Origin: Phoronis australis
Lineage: Eukaryota; Animalia; Phoronida
NCBI GenBank assembly: GCA_002633005.1
Contig: NMRA01000074.1
Location: 485,275-549,274 of the forward strand
DNA: 64,000 bases
Direction of reading: 5' to 3'
Under the pieces are notes generated by a model. The model ran no database searches. It saw only the letters and a list, made by a program, of their open reading frames with translations, and was not told the DNA's origin. A program made the position numbers and the translations under genes. Below are positions 36,201 through 48,200 of the stretch, piece after piece (positions within the stretch are counted from its first letter, which is position 1; each line of letters starts with the position of its first letter).

Positions 36201-39200
36201 GTCTGTGTGTGTGACTGGCCGAGGAACTCGGAATGTAGAGGTGCGGCCACAGACACATGTCCACCTGGACCGACCAAGATGCCAACAACTACAGTGCCAT
36301 CTAACCGTAAGTATTAAACGTTACATTGCTTTTTTGGTTCAAAATCAATTGAACTTTTCACCACCGTGCAACACAGTATTTTATTAACTGGCAAGTTTAA
36401 TTCGTTGAAGCTGGTCCCGGCTCGTGCGAGGAAAACGGTAATCGCTACACCATCTCTAACCGAGATTGCACGTGCTTCCACCAAGTGGACACAACCAACG
36501 GTAACAACGGATATCACAGATGTCCCGCCGGTCTCACATTCAATCCTGCTGTTTGTGTCTGCGACTGGCCGAGGAACTCAGAATGTAGAGGAGCGACGAC
36601 AGATACGTGTCCCCCGATACCAACCACGCTGCCAACATCTACGATAACTCCTACCAGTAAGTCTTAGCTGTATGTCCTGGCTGTTACTGAAACGTTGAGC
36701 CACGTCTTTAGCCAATGAGATTTTTCTGTGAAAGAACAAGTCTTTTCCTCAAATCGCTTCAATGCTAAGCTCTTCGACACCTCTTGATCGTCCGTCAATG
36801 ATATTGTCTGAATTTATGGTCAGAAACACTGATTTTGTTAAAGAGTCATGATGCAGCGCATTCGTTGAAAAGTAATATCTTTTTTTGTATTAGCTGTAAC
36901 CCTTTCTTTTGCTTCTTCAGTTCAAGTAGTTCATGTTCGAAATAGCACCATGGGCCGAGGGAAGTTCATCAATTGGTTAATTCAGAAAATTCACGGCCGT
37001 GAATTTGATAAACTGTTGTAGTTTAACATTTCCGTTTGAGGCCTTAAAACGGCGGAAGCATTCCTTACGTTCTTTCGTTTACTACATTTCAGCATCTTCA
37101 GTTGTTTGTGAACATCAGACAATGTCGCTTTCCTGCAGTGCAGCAGATAAAGTATTGTCAATAATTTCGGCAACCTATGGACGAAACGATGCCAGCACGT
37201 GTACCGGAAATGGTCGACCCATAAAAACAACGAATTGCAGTGCCTCAACATCACTTGGCGTGGTCAGGCGATTATGCGACGGCAAACGACAATGCTCAGT
37301 CTTGGCAGGAAACACAGTTTTTGGCGATCCCTGTCGAGGGACATTTAAATACCTTACTGTCGAATACAGATGCAGGCGCTTAGATATTGTGACGACACCA
37401 CCAGGTAATGTGAATTCGGTAATGCCTTTAACCTTGTGAATGTCAGTGTCACCTGTCTTTTCATATTACGTTAATGAGTGAATTACAGTATTCTTTAAAC
37501 AAGTATTTTTAATTTATTTAAGCTGGTCCCGGATCGTGCGAGGAAAACGGTAATCGCTACACCATCTCTAACCGAGACTGCACGTGCTTCCACCAAGTGG
37601 ACACTACCAACGGCAACAACGGATATCACAGATGTCCCGCCGGTCTCACTTTCAACCCTGCTGTCTGTGTGTGTGACTGGCCGAGGAACTCGGAATGTAG
37701 TGGTGCAGCAACAGATACGTGTCCACCTGGACCGACCACCTTGCAAACAACTACAGTGCCATCTAACAGTAAGTGTTAAGCATGACACTGCCTTTTGGGA
37801 CATAATCGAGTTAAATTTTCAGCACCATACAGCACAGAATTTTAATAACTGGCATGCTTAATTCGTTTAAGCTGGTCCCGGCTCGTGCGAGGAAAACGGT
37901 AATCGCTACACCATCTCTAACCGAGACTGCACGTGCTTCCACCAAGTGGACACGACAAACGGTAACAGTGGATACCACAGATGTCCTTCGGGTCTCACAT
38001 TCAACCCTGCTGTTTGTGTTTGTGACTGGCCGGGGAATTCTGAGTGTAGAGGAGCAGCCACAGACACGTGTCCACCAGGATCAACCACGTCACTTCCTCC
38101 AGGTAATGAGGTGAATTGTAAAAGAATGCACACCAAACGAGATTAACGATGATCAAGAGAACATGAAGAAAAGTTGTCGTTGAAAGTTAGAAAACGCCCT
38201 CCGTAATAATTCTTAATCGACAGTATCTACAGTCGTATGAGTTTTGTCGTGTGTTTGTTTCCACCTGCTCGTCATCAATTAAAAACTGACTCTTCCGCAC
38301 GCTTTTTGGTGAAACGGTACTAAAAATCACCATTTGTAACGAAAAAAATCTCTTACCGGCACTGAGCTCTTTTTAAAAACGGAAGATAATACAAATCTCT
38401 TGGAAATACTTTGTAAATTTCAATAGCAAAATCTCCCGAAAATGGCAAAAGGTTAGCCAACTGAAGCAAAAATATTACTGTAACAAGTAGGCTGAATTTA
38501 AAAGTGAGATAACTTGAAAGTGCTGCTAGTCTTTAAACAACCTTTAATGAGGGCATTGAAACTCCCAAGAAATATGCAAAAATCGCTAACCAATACCTAC
38601 TTTTCGTTACAGTTAATGGCGGCTGGTCCGATTGGTCCGAGTGGGAAGAATGCAGCGCCTCCTGTGGTGGCGGAACGCAATCTCGTATTCGCTTGTGCAA
38701 CAATCCAGTCCCAGCCAACGGCGGTGCCAACTGTGCTGGAGTCGACATGGAGCAGAGAGAATGCAACACGCTTGGCTGTCCAGGTACGATGCGCACGTCA
38801 AAGCACATTGCCAANACAGGGAGCAGAGAGAATGCAACACGCACGGCTGTCCAGGTACGATGCGCACGTCAAAGCACATTGCCAAGTAAGACACCGTCTT
38901 GAAGCAATTCAGACATGTCTGTGGCTTACGAGGCAGCAACTCCACTTCGACAAAACGCGCCTATATGCGCTTAAGAGCTAAACTTTGCCCTGTTCATCTT
39001 CTCGAAAGCGAAAAAGAACGAGACCTGTCTCAAAATATTCCTCATCGAGATAGGGCTTGCTTTCTTTTACCCAACCCTCATCAGGTCAAGAAACGTGTAG
39101 CAAAATTGTTGATTTTATTTGGGTTGGCCATCCTTGAAGCTAGGAAAATATTGCACAACGGTAATTATTTCTCGTGAGTACGCAGACCAGCTGTTGGTTT

Positions 39201-42200
39201 TGTCTTTTCGGTTAAAACCTCGAAATATGTCTAAAGCGACAACTGACCTGGGTGAAATTCATCTTTAAGTTGAACCCTATTTAGACGGTTGCCATAACTG
39301 ATACTAACTCTCGTATCGCCACGAGTTTAGAGTAATGCTACTAATATGTAGGCCTATGGAGATTGATTGATTCGTCTAAAGCGGTAGTCACGGTTTCAGA
39401 TTTAGACTTTGCAAACAATTTTTAACGTCTTCCAAACTTTTGAAAATCGACATTGGTAAATAAACATTCTTGTATCAAACAATTATTCTAGTGGTAGTTT
39501 AAATCTATTCGTAGGTTAAGCGGTATTAGGTACAGTGTCTACACTAGAAACTGTTCTGAAGACTGTAACCATCTGCAAAGTATAAACCTTTCCTGAACTC
39601 AGCCAGATGGCGTCTGGAGTCATTAGTCCCGTGTGGCCAGTTGTCATTGATTCGCAAAAATTTCTCTTATTGGTCACTGGAAAAGCAAAGCAATTTCACA
39701 CCCGTCTTTTCCCGGATGGACCGAACCTCATGCGTGGGCATACCACATTCATGTGATACTCTTCTCCTAGTGATTTAATACGTACAGTGTATTGTGATTC
39801 ATGTGATGTACATACGTTATGGGTGATTATGTATTACGGACCGTGCTGGAGCTAAAGAAATGGGATAGAAAAATTACGTTTATTGACGAAAAGTTTCGCA
39901 GTTCTGTCAGATGTCGCCATCATGGAGTTGGTGAACATCTTTTGTGAAACAACGAATATTTTCCTTCAATAACCTCTCTCTTATGGATGATAATTCATTT
40001 CGCAGTCAATGGCGGTTGGGCAGACTGGTCTCAGTGGGGGAACTGCAGTGCCACTTGTGGTGGCGGGCGCCAAATAAGAGTGAGGTCCTGCACCAATCCA
40101 TCTCCTGCCAATGGGGGCGCTGGTTGTCAAGGACTTAGTTTGGAGGACAGATTCTGTAACGTGCAACCATGTCCAGGTACTCTGAATTTCTTCTCAAAGT
40201 CACATGTAAGCGATTGAAACTGATAGAAATCTTTAATAACGATTCCATTCCGTGCAGTATTAGTTGTTGTCCATAAAACTAATAGAAAAACTGTTTACGA
40301 TTGATGACGTCTGACTGGAGTTGAGCGAAATTTTTGTTACGGTAAATGTCTATGTATATGTGAACGCAAACATAAATGTAATCGTACTCAATTAGTCGTT
40401 TCACTTATGCTCACTTTGAAGCCTTAAGTGGTGTATTTTATAAGCGTATTACGAGTAACAGGTTAGAATGCATCCTGCAAGTGAATCAGTAAATTCAAGA
40501 GTTGTAAACCAGCTGTTACCACTCCACAGACTATTGCAAGACACACATCACTCTTGTTTTTGAATCTGAACGACTACACCCGGCACTCTTACACCAAGCA
40601 ATTTTTGTGCATGTGACCGGAAAACAATACATAAAAACAGGGCTGCACACTTCTGTCCCTTTAGTGGATAAAAAAGCGACCCGTGGCGAGAGTGCCCGTA
40701 TGAAGTCAGTGTTGAAGGTATTTGTGCGTTATAATTGTTTTAGTGGCGTGTGGTAAGTGTTGATGTCCATTCCTCTAAAACCACCATTCTGCATCCTGAC
40801 TACATCTACCAATTATAGCAACAATGACAACAGCGTCCCCGTGCTTGCATTGTGGTCGGTATGTCGGTTGCATTAAAAGTAGTAAATGAAAGTATACAAA
40901 TGGTATGCAAGTCCACGTACTGTACATGTAAGGTAGACAGAACGGATGTGTCATCTTTTTTTGGTGTTAGGGTTTATGAGACGACCACTAACGACTGTCA
41001 GGAGGTGTTCCAAATTATACGATGTAAACTCTCACCTGAGTGAATTTCTGCGATCAATGGTCTTTACACATTCTGTCCACTGTACGCTACAAAATAGGTA
41101 GATTTATTCCTTGTAAGCAAGCCACCGGTCCCTTACACATACATGTACACTCACATGCGTACAAACACACGGTTTTAGCGTTTACAAGTTTATAATTGCC
41201 CTCTTAAGCTTACCACTGGTCGTCTTCGGTTTAGTCAATGGTGGATGGTCTGGTTGGAGTATCTGGGGAACCTGCAGCGCGATCTGTGGAGGAGGTTCTC
41301 AGTCGAGGTCGAGGTCGTGCACAAATCCTGCCCCTGCCTTCGGTGGTGAAGATTGCGCGGGTTCTTCAACTCAGGAAAGGGACTGCGGCACTTTGCCCTG
41401 TCCCGGTAGGTTCAAATCATTTCTAACCAAGGAACTACCCGGACTGCATGTTTTCCCGAGTGAATTCCATTGAAATATGGGTATTTTAAACATCAGAATT
41501 TTATTATCAAAAGGGTACTCCTTGGCTTGTTGTTGGGAAGGAAAGTGGTTCAGTTTGAACTGGAATGAAACAGATGTGCATCGGAGACAAATGCTTGAAA
41601 TTATATTCCAAGCACACCACTAAGATCACACTTAATTAAACTGTAAGCTGGAAACCACAAATTTTCCTAAGCAAGGAATAATTTTGACTTAGTGGAAACA
41701 TTAGCTGCGGGCATATACACACGGCGGACATTTTTGAATGAATAACTTGAATAAAGCTAAGGTCAACAGAGTATGTAGGCGCTAAAAGCGAATGTTACGT
41801 GAGATGTTTGTTACATGTACATCGAGAAATAAAGAGGTTATCATTTTACAAGATCAATGGTTGAAAAGGGTTATCAGCAAAAAGTTAGACCAGTTGATGC
41901 TAATTGCCGCATATAAAGGTTACATGGCATGGCGTGTGTTGTTCCACTCAACCCGACTCAGTAGAAAGCAGAGTTATCGGAAACAATTTTATTTTATTCT
42001 TTCAATGTAGTTAATGGCGGCTGGTCTAACTGGACCTCCTGGGGGACATGCAGCGCCACTTGCGGTGGCGGGAAACAGTCCAGATCAAGAGCATGTAACA
42101 ATCCTGCACCGGCAAACGGTGGCGCACAGTGTGTTGGCGACGGAGTGGAAGAGAGAGACTGCAACACTGTGCCTTGTCCTGGTAAAGTACTGTTTTTAAG

Positions 42201-45200
42201 CGTAGTGTTAATGCAACCATTCAATAGCAAGCACTCAACGAACTGAAACAATTTAAGGTGTTTAACGACAGTTTAACATAACTTTGAATGACAAGTGTTA
42301 TTTTTTGCTAGTGTGGTTACTGTGATCACACAAGAAGCTTACCGCCTCTTCATGTGCAATAGTCCTCCCTCTTAGTGTGAGCAGCCTCCTTCTACAAAAA
42401 ATTTGTATGATGAGTAAGAAGACTAGCGAAAGTGATTTCCCGACATAGAATAAGTCATTACTTTTTGAAATAGTTAATGGTGGCTGGTCGAACTGGACCA
42501 CTTGGGGAGTATGCAGCGCCACTTGCGGAGGTGGACAGCAATCCAGATCAAGAACATGCAACAACCCTGTGCCGGCAAACGGTGGCGCACAGTGTGTTGG
42601 TGACAGCGTGGAAGAAAGAGATTGTAACACTGTGACTTGTCCTGGTAAAGTACATGCATTATTCTGAACGCACATTACAACAACAAGACAATCGTTAATA
42701 TACTGCGACCTGACAACGATTTCAAGGGTATTTCACGTGGCTTCAAAATAAGATTGTATAATAGTGGTTAAGTTGTTGCTAGGTGCATGATTTCTGGGAA
42801 CACAAACGAATAACCAAATTCCCGGCTGAGGTACAATGTATTAGGGTTGGTGAGAGCATCCTACTGCTATTAGAACTTGCATGATGAGCAAGATGATTAT
42901 GCACGAGAATCCAAGAACTGTATGGTTTTTTCATTTTAAAATAGTGAATGGTGGCTGGTCAAACTGGACCACTTGGGGAGCATGAAGTGCCACTTGTGGA
43001 GGTGGAAAACAATCCAGATCAAGAACTTGTAATAACCCCGCACCTGCAAACGGTGGCGCACAATGTCCTGGTTCTGGTGTGGAAGAAAGAGACTGCAACA
43101 CTGGCGTGTCCTTGTAAAATATTATTATTGCAAAGTAGTAACAATGCACCTAGTCATTAATAAGGACACTGAGATCTAAATGCAATTATTTAAGGTGTTT
43201 CACGTGAGTGTAAACTAACATTTTGTCGTTATGTTTCACTAGTGTGGTTACTGCGCGTAAGCAATATGCCAACCTTTTCGGGCGTGCGTTAGACTTCTCT
43301 CTTGTCATGAGCAACGTTGTTGTATGCGAACCTGATTTGTTTTAAAACAGTTAATGGTGGCTGGTCGAATTGGACCACGTGGGGAGTATGTAGCGTCACT
43401 TGTGGAGGCGGATTACAATCCAGATCAAGAGAATGCAACAATCCTGCGCCGGCAAACGGTGGCGCACAATGTGTTGGTGACAGCGTGGAAGAAAGAGACT
43501 GTAACACTGTGGCTTGTCCTGGTAAATACATGCATTATTCTGAACGTATATTACAACAAGACAATCGCCAGCATACTTCGACCTGGCAATGATTTCAAGA
43601 GTGTTTCACGTGGCTCTAAAGTAACATTGCATAACAGTGGTTAAGCTGTTGCTGTATGCATGATTTCTGGGAACACAAACGAACAGCCAACTTCGCGGTT
43701 GAGGTTGGTGAGAGCATCCTACTGCTATAGGAATATACATGATGAGCAAGGTGATTATCCACTGGAATCCAGGCAATGAATGATTCATTTCTTTTTAAAA
43801 TAGTTAATGGTGGCTGGTCAAACTGGACCACCTGGGGAGAATGCAGCGCCACTTGCGGAGGTGGAAAGCAATCCAGATCAAGAACTTGTAATAACCCTGC
43901 ACCTGCAAACGGTGGCGCACAATGTTCAGGTTCTGGCGTGGAAGAAAGAGACTGCAACACTGTGGCTTGTCCTGGTAAAGTAGTATTATTGCAACTTTGT
44001 AACAATGCACCTAGCCATTAATAAGCACACACAGTGATCTAAAAACAATGTACATTTACGGTTATTCACGTGAGTAGAAACTGACATTTTGTCGTTTTTT
44101 TCACTAGTGTGGTTACTGCGTCTCAGTCATATTCCAACCATGTAGCGTGTGCGTTAGATTTTTTCTTGTCATGTTCAATGTTGTTCTAAGCGAACCTGAT
44201 TTGTTTTTAAAATAGTTAATGGTGGCTGGTCAAACTGGACCACTTGGGGAGCATGCAGCGCCACTTGCGGGGGTGGAAAACAATCCAGATCAAGAACTTG
44301 CAATAACCCTGCACCTGCAAACGGTGGTGCACAATGTCCTGGTGCTGGCATAGAAGAAAGAGACTGCAACACTGTGCCTTGTCCTGGTAAAGTACTATTA
44401 TTGCAACGTAGTAACAATGCCTCTAGCCATTTATAAGCCCAGTGTGGTCTAAAACTATGTACATTTACAATGTCGTTATTGTTTACTAATGCGGTTACAA
44501 CGCCTAAGCAACATGCCAACCATTTCGCGTGTGCGTTAGACTTCTCTCTTGTCATGACTAGATGACTAATGCTGTGTGCTAACCTAATTTGTTTTTAAAA
44601 TAGTTAACGGTGGTTGGTCGAATTGGACCACGTGGGGAGTATGCAGCGCCACTTGTGGAGGCGGATTACAATCCAGATCAAGAACATGTGACAATCCTGC
44701 GCCGGCAAACGGTGGTGCACAATGTGTTGGTGACAGCATGGAAGAAAGAGACTGTAACACTGTGGCTTGCCCTGGTAAAGTACATGCATTATTCTGAACT
44801 TGTATTAAAACGACAAGACAATCGCTAGTATAATGCGACCTGACAACGATTTCAATGTTATTTCACGTGGCTCTAAAAATAAAATTCTTTATACCACGAT
44901 ATTAGCGTCAAATGGCAGATACAACCGTGTAATAACCCATAAAGTTATCTCACTAGTGAGATAACGATTTGGCGGGAAACCGAGGACGGGGTCGAACCCG
45001 GGACCCTAATATTGCTGGTCGCCGACTTTACCACTACACCACGCAGCGACTGACGTCATCAAGAGTGAAAATAGAATACTTAAATGAGCACGCGCAATAA
45101 TCGCACGTTCAACAAACCGCATTGCACTGTGCTTACACGTTACGGAAAATAAGACACATAATTTCCATAAAAATGATATCTTAATTCTGTGAAATTTTTC

Positions 45201-48200
45201 TCTCATGTCTTCTTACTTGTAAATCACCGATCTCTAGTTTGAATGCGGGTATCGTGTCGTCAGGATCTTTGACTTGAGAATTATATTCAGTTACCAGTGG
45301 TAACCTACTTTAGCAGACGATAATTTCCCGGTCGAAGCTTAGCGTGTAAAAAACGTGTTTTAAGCTATAGTAGTTGCTTAACCTAAATTTAGAGATTCAC
45401 TTCATTTCTATTTTGTTTAAATTTCTAATTGGTTTTGAGTATAAGCATTATTTGACAAAAATAGCTCGGCTTTTCTTAAAAGGTCACGACCTCCGACCCC
45501 GGTCCTCTGACATAGAAAGTAGTTACAATGCCGAGGCGAGTCGAGAAAGGTAGATAGATCCATTGCAATGTTTCTCGTTTAGTATGTGGTATAAATAGAT
45601 TATTACATGTTCTCAGTCGTTATCCCCCTTATCTAGAGCCCTCGTGGATTTTGCAGAATTATCACCCCCGGGGCTGACGCCCCTCGGGCGATAATTCTCC
45701 AAAATTCACTCGGGCTCTAGATAACGGGGGATAATGACTTCGCCATGTAATAATCTATATGTAACAGTGGTAAAGCTGTTGATAGGTGCATGACCTCTAG
45801 GAACACAAACGCATTACCAAATTTGCATTTGAGGTATAAGGGTTGGTCATCCTACTGCTATAAGCACTTGCATTATGAGCAAGGTGATTATACACTGGAC
45901 ACCAGGCACTGCATGATTGATTTATTTTTATAATAGTTAATGGTGGCTGGTCAAACTGGACCACTTGGGGAGCATGCAGCGCCACTTGCGGAGGTGGAAA
46001 ACAATCCAGATCAAGAACTTGTAATAACCCTGCACCTGCAAACGGTGGCGCACAATGTTCAGGTTCTGGCGTGGAAGAAAGAGACTGCAACACTGTGGCT
46101 TGTCCTGGTAAAGTAGTATTATTGCAACTTAGTAACAATGCACCTAGCCATTAATAAGAGCACTCAGGCTGTGATCTAAAAACAATGACATGTTATGTAC
46201 ATTTAGGGTAATTCACGTGAGTGTAATAAATTAAGTTTTTGTCGTTTCCAAATAGGCATGTGAACAGTGCCCTACTGAAGTGGGTTGGAGACTTAAACCT
46301 TACTTCTGTTGAAGATTTTGATTGGTTTAAAATTTATCGATAACCGTATATTTTAACGTTAGATTTGTATTTAAGGTATTTCCAGTACAAAATTCTATGT
46401 CGTATTATAACAACAAATGTCTTTTTGACGTTAATTAAAGTTCAAGAGAATGACTAACTCACATTTTACTCTGAGCATAGAGAGACTATATTTGTGGAAT
46501 GCAAATATGTAAGAGAGTTGTGGAGAAAAGTTTGTGATGATTTCCTTAGGATTGATTTTTAAACGGCCTTGACAATTTACTTTGGAATACCGTTTGTAAC
46601 AACAGTAACAACATCTTGTCATTTATCAATGTAGAATACAGAACAAACTTCCGTTAACAACTGATGTCTCTGTAGTGTTCAAAACTATAGAAATATAGAA
46701 TTTACTATAAGCAAAATCAATGGTATATTAGAAAATCACAACGAAAAATGGAACTTAATACAACTATAACCCTGGTAAATGTTTATGTATGTTTATGTTT
46801 GTTTGTATTGTAATTGTTAGTGTGTTAAAATAAATGTTGGAAAAATATAAAAATGTCGTTATTTTTCAGTAGTGTGGTTACTGGGTCCAAGAAATATGCC
46901 AACCATTTCGCGTGAGCGTTAGACTTCTCTTTTGTCATGAGCAACGTTGTTTTATGCAAACCTGATTTGTTTTTAAAATAGTTAATGGTGGCTGGTCGAA
47001 TTGGACCACGTGGGGAGTATGTAGCGTCACTTGCGGAGGCGGATTACAATCCAGATCAAGATCATGCAACAACCCTGCACCGGCAAACGGTGGTGCACAG
47101 TGTGTTGGTGACAGCGTTGAAGAAAGAGACTGCAACATTGAGGCCTGCCCTGGTAAAGTGTTCTTTTCACAATGTAGCATATTAGCAACCAGTTATTAGC
47201 AAGCGCACTGCGATCTAAAAACAATATAAGGTGTTTCATGTTAGTGTAAACAAATTGTGAAAAATGGTTATTTTTACCCTGATGTGATTTCTGCGACAAC
47301 GCTATCGGCTAATCATTTTGACTTGTTCGGCGACCTTCTCACTTTTCGTGCGCCACGTTCACTATGCAAACTGAATTCTTTTTCAAAATAGTTGATGGTG
47401 GCTGGTCGAATTGGACCACGTGGGGAGTATGCAGCGCCACTTGCGGAGGCGGAAAACAATCCAGATCAAGAACATGTGACAATCCTGCGCCGGCAAACGG
47501 TGGCGCACAGTGTGTTGGTGACAGCCTGGAAGAAAGAGACTGTAACACTGCGGCCTGTCCTTGTAAAGTTTATTATTATTTTGAACGTGTATCAGTGCAA
47601 CCAATCAATTGCAAGTATTCTGGAATCTGAAAACCACTTTAATAAGCTGCGAGAATGCAATACTTTGAAAAAGAATGATAATTTTATCGTTAGTATGGTT
47701 TTTGTGACCATACAAGAGGTTAATCATGGCTTGACCTGATCTCTCTAAAAGTATCTTTTCCAGGTGCATACTCTAGGGTGACATTTATGAAATCAGGTGG
47801 TTAAATATTGCATTAAATCTCTCAATACTGGTTCATTTGATTTAATTTATAAGTCGGATTTCCACGTATGTTTTGCAGTCACCCCTGTTTGTCAAAAGTT
47901 TACAACCTCATCCAAATATTTGCCTATCATGTAGTTAAAAATGGAAGCCAAGGTAATGCCAATTGAAATATAATCTCCTCGTGTAACCAGCATGCCGAGT
48001 TAGTGATCCCGATCAAAGGTCATTGTCGGCAGTGAGTACTAGTGACTTTATCTCAAAACAGTAAATGGTGGATGGTCTGACTGGAGCACTTGGGGAATAT
48101 GCAGTGCCACGTGCGGAGGTGGAAACCAGTCTAGGTCAAGGTCGTGCGATAATCCTGCACCTGCAAATGGTGGTGCACAGTGCCCCGGCGACGCCCTGGA

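Noticed and set aside
44980-45048. Possible tRNA gene
   Set aside because: A and B boxes are present, but the acceptor stem cannot pair and the segment lies inside an insertion.
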